A stretch of DNA of 32,766 bases from Trypethelium eluteriae (lineage: Eukaryota), in contig JAVECL010000252.1 in assembly GCA_051942245.1 (NCBI GenBank), positions 1 through 32,766 on the forward strand. The letters are read 5' to 3'. Positions within the stretch are counted from its first letter, which is position 1, and every line of letters begins with the position of its first letter. Below the pieces are notes generated by a model. The model made no database searches, was not told where the DNA came from, and saw nothing but the letters and a program-made list of their open reading frames with translations. Positions 1-10,386 of this stretch are shown one piece after another. The position numbers were made by a program, and so were the translations under genes.

Positions 1-141
1 ATTACCAAGTTGTTCAAAGCTTAGTGACCCTTCTTATATCATTGGATCCTTGACACTCCGCTCCTACGTGAAAAAACCCTGAGACCACTCTACGTACCTG
101 CTACAAGCTGTGCTTGTACCAGGGGGTATAGGCTCATAACA
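1..141 (+). mobile_element. 3' end of a Ty3/gypsy-type LTR (less-mutated copy; runs off the window start)
   Basis: The reverse complement of 1-141 aligns with 873-1012 with transitions and one 1-nt indel only. It ends in ...ATAACA (canonical LTR CA end) at 141, where it abuts a gag relic. Confidence 0.85.
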
Positions 142-872
142 GTCTGGGCACCTTTTTCCTTCTTACTTTACGCAAGGTTAGAGTACTAAACTCCTTTTAT
201 TAATTTATTATTATTATAATATTAAGTAATTCCTCCTATTCTTCCTGCTGGAATGTATAAGGCTGATTGCTTTTTTATACGCCTTGTGTAAAGTTTATTA
301 TTTAATTTAATTAAGGTGTTAATAAGTTCTCTTAACATGTTAATAAAGCTATTATAGCACATTAGCTTATCCTTAATATTATTCTTAAGTCCTTTTTAAT
401 ACATAAGTTGTAATATTTTATTATTTTATTTTAATTTATTGGAATACTTTTAGAACTTAGCTGCGTAATTTGCTATTAAAGTTTTTTATACCAGATTTTA
501 AACTGCTTACTTTATTATTTTAACTTTATTAAAAATTCCAAAAATTTGCTTAAGCTCTTTTTTAAATTAAGGGAATCTTATAAAAAATTATTAGGGTTCT
601 CCAAATTATTAAGATATAAAGTTAATTTGGGTTTTATCCAGTATTAAGCCTATCCTCTTAAGTATAATAAGGTTACTAAAGTTTATTAATTATTTAGAAT
701 TTTTTTAAATAAGAAGTGGAGTTAGATTTAGTATAGCTATTTTTCTAACTTACTTTTTTCCCTAAAGTATTTATTAGGTTGTCCCACTTTGCCTTCTTTT
801 AATAAGGCTTTAATGCGGGACTCCAGCTATAAAGTAAATCCTAATTGACTTATTTTTAAGGGTGTTTTATTA
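142..872 (-). pseudogene. RIP-degraded Ty3/gypsy gag relic, truncated at 142 by the inverted LTR copy
   Basis: Minus-strand translation gives gag-like blocks broken by TAA/TAG stops: PNKYFREKSKLEK*LY*I, YLRG*A*YWIKP, KKELKQIFG, ANYAAKF*KYS, MY*KGLKNNIKDKLM, LRELINTLIKLNNKLYTR. The sequence is very AT- and TpA-rich. Confidence 0.8.
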
Positions 873-1367
873 TATTATAAGCTTATACCCCTTAATATAA
901 GCATAGCTTATAGCAGGTATGTAGAGTGGTCTTAAAGTTTTTTACATAGGAGCGGAGTATTAAGGATCTAATAATATAAGAAGGGTTACTAAGCTTTGGA
1001 CAACTTAATAATAAATAAGGACTTATTTAATTTAGCTTATAACTAATTATGGGTATAGTTTTAATATAATAATAAAATGTGAGGAAATTAGTTAAGCTGA
1101 TTCCCTCTTACATATATATACTTGTAATCTTCTTAATTACAGCTGTTATCTTTCTGATCAGATCTTTACTAATCTTGGGTTAATTATTACTAATCAGTGT
1201 GACAACCTGTGACCTATGGGTGATCACCCTAGATCGCTCTGTCCTAATCTGTGGCTTATTACTACTAATCAGTTACGTGACCTTTACCCGTTACGACCTG
1301 TCTGTGGGACGCTTGCAGCAAGTACAAAGGAGATGGCGTTCAGCCTTGACGCGGCTGGGTCGTAACA
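873..1367 (-). mobile_element. ~495-bp 5' LTR of the gypsy element
   Basis: On the minus strand it starts TGTTACG at 1367, contains a TATATATA box (~1113-1120), and ends ...TTATAATA at 873 (RIP-mutated ...TCATAACA as seen in the 1-141 copy). The gag relic follows directly. Confidence 0.8.
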
Positions 1368-2239
1368 GTTATTATTAATATAATAAGCACAAACTGCAAA
1401 AAAAAAGTAATTATTTAATAATATTTAAATATTAATAAAAAGGTGGATATTTATGGATGCAGATTAAAGGTCCTATTGTATAAAATCTTATTATTAAGTA
1501 AATTGCTTTTATATTAAAAAAGTAAGAGCAGTAAGGCTTAAAGGGATTAAAAAAGTTAATACTGGATTTAATACAAAATATAGCATGTAAAACTTAAGCC
1601 AGGTAAGAAGATAAAAAGGGAGGTTTTATATAATAATAAGATTTATTAATGCAGTTATTAAAACTTCTTTATTTAGAACTTACTTTAAGACTAAAGTATT
1701 AAACTTATCTATTTTATATAATACTGTTATAGCATCTTTATATAATTACGCAAGCTATGCGTATATAAACTTTTTTGGTTATGGTGTACAAAATTTATTA
1801 TTAATACTATAGCTTGTATAAAGATAACCTTAAAGGTTTATTATTATAAGTATTAAATATCCACATTCCTTATAATAAATAAGCCGCTGTCTGTCTTTAA
1901 TAATTAGTTTATTTAAAAGTAGTTCACATGTATATTAATGGATATTTGAGGTCTTCTTTTTATCTTTTTATAAAATAAACCATTCAGAAGAAGGTGTAAT
2001 AATTAAAGCTTCAGAATTTGTCTCCATTTCAATTTTGTACAGAAATTAGATGGAAGAGTTTTTTAGTGCGGAAGCTAGTCTCAGTATAAGGTAGGGATGA
2101 GACATAGTTATGGATAATTATGTAATTATTCATGATAATGAATTTACCCTGAATATCATAGAATAGCATAATTAAATGTCATAATTAATTATGCTATTTA
2201 TCTCTGCTACCTGTTTTACCGATACTACGCGGAATACTG
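1368..2239 (-). mobile_element. RIP-degraded hAT-family DNA transposon: 5' end and N-terminal transposase, interrupted at 1368 by the gypsy LTR
   Basis: From ATG 2027 the minus strand gives KKTSNIH*YT...RLIYYKECGY...NL*GYL (decayed BED-finger-like CxxC...H), then ALINLIII*NLPF and ...FAVCAYYI near 1370-1400, resembling fungal hAT transposase motifs NLPF...WPEF and FLAVCAH. Subterminal TAATTA-type repeats and a 14-bp inverted repeat (2162-2175/2185-2198) are present. The putative terminus CAGTATTCCGCG at 2239 is where the AT-rich sequence ends; the exact end is uncertain. Confidence 0.7.
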
Positions 2240-2956
2240 AACACATTTGGTGCCATTGCATTGAACAGGCTCAATGGACTAGACCAGAAACCCCAGCATG
2301 CGGATCCGAAGCTTCATTAGTCACAAGTTAATAAATAATGGCTTGGAGGGTCGAAGCCTCGGGCACGACGGTGTTCCTTATGACGTTCCTGACTCCCTGT
2401 CGCCTATTCCAGGCAAATATGTGTCCTTTCCGAACCGGGCGCCATCGTCGGAGCCGCAGAAATGTTCAAAGCCGACATGCCGGTTGACTTCTGAGACAGC
2501 CGTGTTCTCTCTTCATGCTGCGGGAGCGAATGGCATGTCATGTCATGTCTGACATGCGGCCAAACCTCAGCGGACGTTAAGATACCTCCGTCTCGGAGCC
2601 AGGTTCTTCCGTGCTGAGCAGCCACAAATAGCTGTAGTCACTTATTAGTTCATCATCATTTTAACTAGTTTAATTGTCCTGGCAATAGGAGGCGATGCTA
2701 TGGCAGGAAGGAACAGACGGAGGGTGATTGTAATCAGGCCACTACTAAAACTCTTCTCATCCCAATACTCTTTCAAATTGTACACTAGCTTGCAGATTAC
2801 AATTAATGAAACATATTGCTCTCCTCATTTTGCTTCCTGCATTTGGCAGCACCTTTTTTCAATGCTAACGCTCGATACAAAAAGAGAGAATAGCTCTTGC
2901 CAGCGCGAGACGTCTGCCATCTTCTCGAAGCGTCACAAGCACCAAAGATACCACTT

Positions 2957-4348
2957 ATGACTCTTTCTGGTTCAGCATATATCCTGGGTGTTGGCTTGAC
3001 AAAATTTGCCAAACCTCAAGTCCGTAATGACTATGTCGAAATGGGTCATGAAGCCGGTGTGAAAGCCCTTCTGGAAGCTCACATTACCTACGACAGCGTG
3101 GATCGGGGCGTCGCCTCATATTGCTATGGAGACAGCACATGCGGACAAAGGGTATTCTATCAATTCGGCATGACGCAAATTCCGATTTATAACGTCAACA
3201 ATAATTGCGCGTCCGGTTCCACAGGAATGGTAATGGCGGTTGATTTCGTCAAGGCAGGTTTGGCGGACTGCGTGCTCGTTGTCGGTTTCGAGAAGATGTC
3301 ACGGGGAAGCCTGGGTATTAAATTCGAAGACCGGACGAATCCTCTAGGGTTGGCAATGGACATTACAAGAACGAGATGGCCATCATCGACCGAAGCACCA
3401 TGGGCAGCTCAAATGTTCGCGAATGCTGCGAATGAATACATCCAAAAGTATGGCGCCGATCCGAAAGACTTTGCCGAGGTAGCTAGAGTCAATCATGAGC
3501 ATTCCCAGCGCAATCCCTACTCTCAATTCCAATCTCAGTACACTCACCAGCAGATCATAGACTCACCTACAGTACATCCGCCCCTAACAAAGCTGCAATG
3601 CTGTCCCACGAGTGATGGAGCAGCAGCGGCCGTGGTGGTCTCCCAGTCCTTCTTAAACGCTCACCCCGAGCTTAAGACCCAGGCAATCAAGGTCACTGGC
3701 CAAAAGCTCGCAACCGACAGTCCTAGCTTGTATAGTGGTTCGGCGAAAAGCCTCGTCGGGTACGAAATGGTCAAACACACAGCCTCCCAGGCTCTTGCAG
3801 AAGCCGGCATCAACATTGCTGATGTCAAGGTCGCCGAAGTCTACGACTGTTTCTCCAGTAACGAGATCACGACCATCGATGCCGTTGGCTTCGCCCCCTC
3901 CGGTAAAGGGCATGAGTACGTCCGAGATGGGCAGATCACATACGGGAGCAAGAAAGCCGTCATCAATCCATCTGGCGGTTTGATCTCCAAGGGCCATCCA
4001 CTTGGCGCAACGGGTATCGCGCAGTGTGCGGAGCTCGTTTGGCAATTGCGGGGCTGGGCAAATAACCGACTGGTGCCAGTCAAGGCGGGTCAAGCAGCAT
4101 TACAGCAGAATGCTGGGCTTGGGGGTGCATGTGTCGTGACGGTTTTGCAGCGCGCTGACGGACAAGAGAATGCGTTGCTGACCAATAGCGAAATTGCGTC
4201 TTCTTCAGGCCTTGGGTATAACCCTGCTGTCGAGGCAAGAGGCATCACGGCGAAGCAAGCTGAGCAGGTTCGGGCGGAGAGATGGAGCGCGTGGGCTGCC
4301 GCCAAGTCGTCGGCGATTCGTCGTCAGGTACCAGCAGTGAGCCTGTAG
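2957..4348 (+). CDS. SCP2-type thiolase (non-specific lipid-transfer protein-like, thiolase domain only), intronless
   Basis: ORF from ATG 2957 with GVGLTKF, CYGDSTCGQRVFYQFGMTQIPIYNVNNNCASG (catalytic Cys), LTKLQCCPTSDG, (Y)DCF and NPSGGLISKGHPLGATG. Confidence 0.93.
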   Translation: MTLSGSAYILGVGLTKFAKPQVRNDYVEMGHEAGVKALLEAHITYDSVDRGVASYCYGDSTCGQRVFYQFGMTQIPIYNVNNNCASGSTGMVMAVDFVKAGLADCVLVVGFEKMSRGSLGIKFEDRTNPLGLAMDITRTRWPSSTEAPWAAQMFANAANEYIQKYGADPKDFAEVARVNHEHSQRNPYSQFQSQYTHQQIIDSPTVHPPLTKLQCCPTSDGAAAAVVVSQSFLNAHPELKTQAIKVTGQKLATDSPSLYSGSAKSLVGYEMVKHTASQALAEAGINIADVKVAEVYDCFSSNEITTIDAVGFAPSGKGHEYVRDGQITYGSKKAVINPSGGLISKGHPLGATGIAQCAELVWQLRGWANNRLVPVKAGQAALQQNAGLGGACVVTVLQRADGQENALLTNSEIASSSGLGYNPAVEARGITAKQAEQVRAERWSAWAAAKSSAIRRQVPAVSL

Positions 4349-4832
4349 GCCTGACTATAGTGTCATATCCAGAGACTTATATTGCGCCCCCATCTTATAA
4401 TCAAGCATGATATACAGTTATCTCTTTTATTGATGTGCGACCCTTGTATCAATTCTGCTTCCCCATTAGGAGCAATCAGAGATTTTTTCCGTGGAAACTA
4501 GCATTACCGTCTTTTTGGATAGCAAAACTCATATGTCAGTAATATTTCACGGTCGAAATAGGAACGCTCAGGGGCTTCTGCCTCCTTCCAGTCTTTCTTA
4601 CCAGCTTCTGCTGTCATCTGGGATTTAGGTTTCTAATCGCATAGGATAAGCTCGAGGAAGTCGGTGACTCATCAAAGCACGCTTTTTAGTCAGATTTCTA
4701 CCATTATAGCCGTGTTGCCTTTAGCTAATTGGCGGGTGAAGTATTTTGGGTACTGGGTAGGCAAACTTTGGTGTGGTGAGTAGTCGTGGCTGAGACTTTG
4801 AGCACGGGCCCACGAAGCGCGTAAAGTACCAA

Positions 4833-4844
4833 ACGCGTCGCGTG
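4833..4844. promoter_or_regulatory. MCB-like element (ACGCGT with overlapping CGCG) upstream of RPA3
   Basis: ACGCGTCGCGTG lies ~340 bp upstream of the RPA3 ATG, with another CGCG core near 4818. RPA genes are typical MBF/G1-S targets in ascomycetes. Confidence 0.45.
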
Positions 4845-5172
4845 AAAACTTGACTTCTCCCATTCTGGTGAAGCACCATGTGACAAACGGCTATCAACAT
4901 AACTCAACTCAACTCTGTCGGATGAAAATAGTGTCTAGATCAAGAACAGAGCTGAAGCTGAGCTACTGCTTGTCTATCTCTCACCTGAGGTGTCCGTGCT
5001 TGGCTTTCTCGACCGTTCCTGCTCTTTGACTGACACAATATAAGAGCTCTCTTGTGGCTCCGTTCAAGCCATTGGGAGGGAAAAAAGAATAATCGATTTC
5101 ATCCTCCCTCGAACGTCGAAAAGTACTGCAATCGATACATGTACTCGGGCACTACTATTCGCTTTTGCTAGG

Positions 5173-5740
5173 ATGTCTGTGACTGAAGCAACTCCGCGCA
5201 TCACTGCGCAGTATCTCGAAAATTACACCCACCAGACGGTCCGGATCCTGGGCAAAGTCACTCAGCTGAGAGGCGAACAGGCCGTTGTCGACTGCGGAGG
5301 GCCGATCACTGTCATTTTGAACCGGGTAAGCTGAATTTGAAGTTTCTAGCCAAATCCAAGAAATAAATCCAGGACGATTTCCGGAAAAATTCAGTCGTGT
5401 AGATGCATTGTCATATTGTCGTATCATAACTTTTGATCGATCATGAAGTGTTCGATAATGTATTTTAACGTTGTGCTAGGAAGCTCATTTCATCCAAAAC
5501 CACTTCTTCGAAGTAGTTGGCAAAGTGCAACAGGACTTGGGTTTGCGGGTATTTGCAAGTACAGATTTCGGGACTGATATCGGTGAGTGCTGGTTGTTCT
5601 TCCTTTGCAGTGATCTGTCTGTACGATACAGGAGCGGATGTGGAACTAACATCATTCTCACTCCAGACTTCAAGGCTTATGAGGCGGTTGTCAACGCGAC
5701 TCATCAATGCAAAGAGATTTTCTACGGCGATAGTGCATGA
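5173..5740 (+). CDS. ssb3: Replication factor A small subunit (RPA3/Ssb3); exons 5173-5325, 5480-5582, 5667-5740
   Basis: Spliced product MSVTEATPRITAQYLENYTHQTVRILGKVTQLRGEQAVVDCGGPITVILNR|EAHFIQNHFFEVVGKVQQDLGLRVFASTDFGTDI|DFKAYEAVVNATHQCKEIFYGDSA. Donors are GTAAGC and GTGAGT, with a CTAAC branch in intron 2. The ORF track misses it. Confidence 0.9.
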
Positions 5741-5870
5741 TCTCACCTTTGACGGCTTGCGAAAAGTACGATCAGGGCGTTCCAGGGTACTTTTATCCTA
5801 CTTAGATAAAGATGGATTTGCGACAGATCCTGATACCATAGCTTGAAAAACGTATCTCACGCCTCCAGTC

Positions 5871-8529
5871 TCACTTCCTCTTCGCAATCCTCTTCGTCGC
5901 CCTGACATCCTTCTTCAACCTCGCATCCACCATCTTGTACTTCCCCTTCGTCCCCTTCGGTCTTCCACTGATCCCCCGGTTCCCTCCCTTTGCCACCACC
6001 ACGTTGACCTTCTGTTTCGGCTTCTTCCTTGCTGCCCTCGCCATCAACCTCGCTACGTTCTTCGCCTTGTCGCCTTCACTGACCCCTTCCTCCTCCGCTA
6101 GAAGGCCAGCCTTCTGCCTGACCTTCTCTAGCCGTCGAGCGGCTTTGTATCTCTTCCTGTCTCGCGCCTCCCGCACCTTTTTGATCGGTCGTGCATTCAG
6201 CGCTAGCTGTTTCTCCTTGATGGCACGTGCAGCGGCGGCGGTGATGGGGCGGTACGGACGGGAGTGCTTGGTTTCATCGTCAAGAAACCAGTCTGGAAGG
6301 CCATCGACGTCGCGGTGAGAATATTTATTGAAATTATCATCGATAAGATCTTCTTTCGTTTTCTGGCCGGTCGCAAGTTGATGGGCAAGTGTCATAGCTT
6401 CAGCGGTAATGATGTCGATGTTGGGACGCTGATGGGAATCAGCAGCAGTACGAGAGGGGCCTTCATTCCAGTCTTCTGCATCGTCATCTCCGCGCTTGAC
6501 CATTTCAAAGCTCTTGGCCGACTCGGCTTCGGATTCTTGATCCCGTCGCTGAGGCTGCGACAATTCTTTAGCATTGCTTTGAGCAGCGTCTGCAAGCTTG
6601 TGCTTTGGAGGAGTGATCGAGCCCTCGTCAACGTCGATTCCACTGTCGTCGTCGATACTATTAAGCCCCTCAATACCTTTGAAGATGTCTTGATCGAAGA
6701 ACCTCAAGGCTTGCATTGAAAGGCCCGCGGTTGGCTGCTCTTTTCCTTTAAGGTCGGTGATGAGACCACTTTCTCGAGCGACATCGTCATGAGACTCATC
6801 ATCACTATCCTCATCCTCCTCAAGATCATCGCTGCTTTCTGCCGGCTCTCTATCTGAGAACCCTTCAAATTCTCCCTCCTCCTCTTCATGCTCTTTCCCA
6901 TGGTCCTTCCGAGCCTTTCTCGCGCGATACTTCGCATCTGCTAGCGCCTTACGTTCCTTGTAGTCGTGGTACATCGTGTCTAGCTGTCTTTCTAATTCAT
7001 CTTCTTCATCGTCGCTCTCTCTGTCCTCCTGCTCGTCGTCACTCTCTTCTTTAGCAGGCGGCTCGACGACGCTGTGCATCTTTCCCTTTGCCAATTGTGC
7101 GAGCGACTTGGCATTATCGGCTGTCTTCAAAGCGAACATTGCATCTTCACCATTTGGCCCGGCTTGCTCCATTCCAATTTCCATGGGCGCTGTCATGTTC
7201 ATTTGCATGCGGATGATCTCCTTACGCTTGCGCTCATTTTCCTTTTTTCTCTCTTTGCGCTTCTGTTTGTCACCTTTCTCCTTTAGTCTCTGCAGATCCT
7301 CCTGAAGCTTCAGCTCCTCATCCATGCACCCGATCTCTGCCTTCTCATGCTCCTCGCCCTCAGCCTCTTCCTGCCTTCGCTTCTCCTCCGCCTCCGCCTT
7401 TTTTTTCTCACTGAACCCGAATCGGTCGCGCACTTTAAGTCTCCACCTCAGCAGGTTTCTAAATTCCTTTCTACCCAACACCTTCAAATCGGCGCAGCAA
7501 TCTTGAAGCTCCTGCGTCGTCTCCGGTAGCATTTCTAGAGTCTTCAAAGCCAGATCTCCATTTCCACCTGGCTTTTGCTCGAAGCTTAATTTATTCATGC
7601 TCCCTAACATTGCAATTGGGTCCGTAGTTTGTACAAAGTCCACTACACTCGCCTCTCTGAACTGTGTCCAATCGCCTTCTTCGTACCCCTCTCGTTTCCG
7701 CTTTTTCGCTTGCTTCTCCGGATCGAACACTTTCGCTTCGTTGTTTGGCGTCGGCGCACCAAGTTCAGCAAACACGGATCGAGAATCTAGAAACTTGGGA
7801 TCGATCCGTTTCGGTGCCTTGTAATCTCTGCACACCACGAATATCTCCGCGGAGACATTTCGTGACGATGGCGGTTTTGTAGCCTCGACCTTGTTGAAAA
7901 GCTGATTGAATACCCATAGCAGACTGTTGTAATCCTTGCTTCGGAAGACCTTGCTAACGAATGTGCCTCCTTCCGCTAAGAACTCCGTTGCCAGCTTCAG
8001 CGCCTGCAGTACCAATTCTGCTTGGCTATATGCATCCTGGATCCATGAGCGACCTACGTTCGGTGCCCCATCTGTTCGAGCCATCAGCATAGAGCTCCAC
8101 CAACAACTTTTGCATAGGCTTACCATGTAACACCGTGTCTGCTTTCCAGCTCTTTAAATGCTGTCTAATTGTAGCTCGACATTGAGGTGTTGTGATATCG
8201 CTTTGGAATGTAATTGCTTTAGGAATCGGCTTGATAGGAGTGAGATCGACGGCGACAAGGAGGGAGGAAACGGGCATGGTGGCAGCAGCGACTTGGGTCC
8301 ATGATCCCGGGGCGGCGCAAAGGTCGAGAACTACTTTTGAGGATTGGAGAAAGGAGTACTTCTTGTTAAGATGTATGAGCTTGAAGGCAGCGCGAGCGCG
8401 ATATCCCTTTTCTTTAGCAAGATGATAGTACTTGTCGAGACGGCCTTTGCCGTGCTACGAAGGTATAAGCATCATCGTATAGAGCGAGTTGAGCTTAGGG
8501 CTGGGACAGACCTTTTTTTGAATCGCCAT
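5871..8529 (-). CDS. SPB1: AdoMet-dependent 27S pre-rRNA methyltransferase Spb1; two short introns (~8455-8511, ~8072-8123)
   Basis: [89 protein letters not shown] and C-terminal [14 protein letters not shown]. Confidence 0.97.
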
Positions 8530-8657
8530 GGAAATGAGACAATGTACTTAGATATTGAGGAAACCAAGAGGCTCAATCACGTAGGGGTATATTCATCTTT
8601 GGGCTGACTGAACAAATCAAAGCTACTAGAGTAGAGGCGGCTCGGAGTCGCACACTG

Positions 8658-8704
8658 GGAAATTTTCTTCCGCTCACCAGACAGAGAGGAGGGGGCGGGG
8701 CGGG
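8658..8704 (-). promoter_or_regulatory. Ribosome-biogenesis-type promoter motifs (PAC-like GGTGAG, RRPE-like GAAAATTT) and GC boxes upstream of SPB1
   Basis: The minus strand reads GGTGAGCGGAAGAAAATTTCCC about 130-150 bp upstream of the SPB1 ATG, with GGGGGCGGGGCGGG adjacent. Confidence 0.4.
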
Positions 8705-8846
8705 ACACGGCAGAACGACACCATTCGGTACTCTAGGCGCGCAATCGATAGACTTCCAGCCATCATCGAATGAATCTCTATCTAGCCCGTTGCTACTATG
8801 TACTTGGCATCACAGATCAAATCTCAAGCGCCGTGGTGAAATCTAT

Positions 8847-9647
8847 TCACTCATGTGAAGGTATCTGTTGAAGGATTCCAGCGCCCCGGCCTGTCTCATC
8901 CCGCAGCTCGTCTTCCGCAGAAGCATCTCCCAATGGCGAAAGCGGTCGCGCATTCTCAAAGTCCAGAATACGCAATCTCCCTTCTTTGCGATCCACCACA
9001 AAGTTGTATCGGCAGAGGTCCCCATGACGGATGCCCATCTTGTGCAGTCTGCGTAGACCAGATTGACATAGTTCCAGATCAGCGATGCCAGCATAGTCCC
9101 CTTCAATCTTCTCCAATAGCAGGCCCATTACCCGGCCATTCTCCACAACATGGCCAATGACAGACGGCGCGACCATAGACGCTTCATTATGACTATGATA
9201 ATAGATTCTCCCGTAGGCCCAAGTCTCCCATTCCATACGGTAGATCTCCCATGGGAAACTCGCCAACTTCAGAATCGCTGGCTTTCCTTGATAGATTGTT
9301 TCCCAAACATTTGTCTTCAGTCGTGTGCCTTTTGGAAGAGTGAGGACATCAACGCGATTAGAATGCCAAGAACATTCCACCGCCTCAAGTGGGTTTGAGC
9401 TGATCTGCATCACAATGGTGCCGTCATCTCTCCGATGGAGTTCCATGGTCGTCCATGGCCCCTTGGGGAAGGAAGGAAGAAGAGGAAGGAGACGACGGAC
9501 ACAACACATTGTTTCTTCATCGAAAGTCCCGGAAAGAATTCCAAGATAGCGAACATATGAGTCGTCCAGGATTCGATAAAGGCCTTCGTTTTGCTCGTCG
9601 ACCTGGTAAGAGAGAATTTCGAGGGCTTGAAGTCCATCAGCAACCAT
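8847..9647 (-). CDS. Protein-kinase-like (PKL) fold protein of the fungal family often mislabelled 'alpha-galactosidase A'; intronless
   Basis: ATG 9647. Motifs AILKLASFPWEIYRMEWETWAY, GHVVENGRVMGLLLEKIEG, LHKMGIRHGDLCRYNFVV (catalytic loop) and ILDFENA (DFG-like). Confidence 0.8.
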   Translation of the reverse strand: MVADGLQALEILSYQVDEQNEGLYRILDDSYVRYLGILSGTFDEETMCCVRRLLPLLPSFPKGPWTTMELHRRDDGTIVMQISSNPLEAVECSWHSNRVDVLTLPKGTRLKTNVWETIYQGKPAILKLASFPWEIYRMEWETWAYGRIYYHSHNEASMVAPSVIGHVVENGRVMGLLLEKIEGDYAGIADLELCQSGLRRLHKMGIRHGDLCRYNFVVDRKEGRLRILDFENARPLSPLGDASAEDELRDETGRGAGILQQIPSHE

Positions 9648-10386
9648 GATTTTTGATGAATTAAAATTCTGATGGAGGTCTTCCAAGGTCAAGTGAGAGA
9701 TTTTAAAAGAAATGGATTATTAGCCATGGTGGCTTTTTCTATTTCTTTAAAATTTCACCCCCAGATTGATGGAAAATGAGGGTAGGAGCTCAAACTATGT
9801 GGAACCATTTTAAGCATTTGGAAATCGCGTCTTCAGGTCACGCCAGAGCAATCTAAAGTTCATTTTTGCGCGCGGAAAATATGACGTACGATCATTTTGT
9901 TTCAGATTATGGTAGCCTACCTAAAGCCGTCACCCGCCGCTATTGTACTCTAATTTACCTCCAGTTCCGAGATTCGTACTTGCGCGCTAGCAAAACACAC
10001 CGCGAGCTAGCCTCACAACCGACCATTTGTAGAGTGTGGGACTTAAATGGCGTGCCGGCTTCATGAGGCGTCTAGAAAACACCAAAATTGTATTTTTAGG
10101 CCCGATTTTGGAGTGGTTGCATACTGTACGTATCTTGTTATTGGGCGCTGACGTCCAGGCTAGAGTAAAAGGCTCTCAAAGGTCTTCTTCTCTGAGCTCT
10201 CCGTCTGGTTCACTACGCAGGTTACGAAAAAATAATTCTGTCACAAGTCTGGTCAGAAATTTCCCTGATTAGTTAGAATCTTTATATACACACTGAGAAT
10301 CCTACAAACTCAAATTTACATCCTATCTATTCTGGTAGCGCAAAGGATCGACTAAAGTTGATATTGTGACGTAAAGAAAAAGGCTT

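Noticed and set aside
2298..2960. Short ORFs between the transposon block and the thiolase
   Set aside because: No recognisable motifs; most likely promoter or 5' UTR sequence.
5326..5479. Longer-than-usual RPA3 intron 1 as a snoRNA host
   Set aside because: No convincing box C/D pair or H/ACA architecture; only a short CTGAATTT/AAATTCAG stem.
5583..5666. 84-nt RPA3 intron 2 is in frame without a stop
   Set aside because: It has canonical donor, branch and acceptor, and the spliced form gives the expected protein. Stop-free short introns arise by chance.
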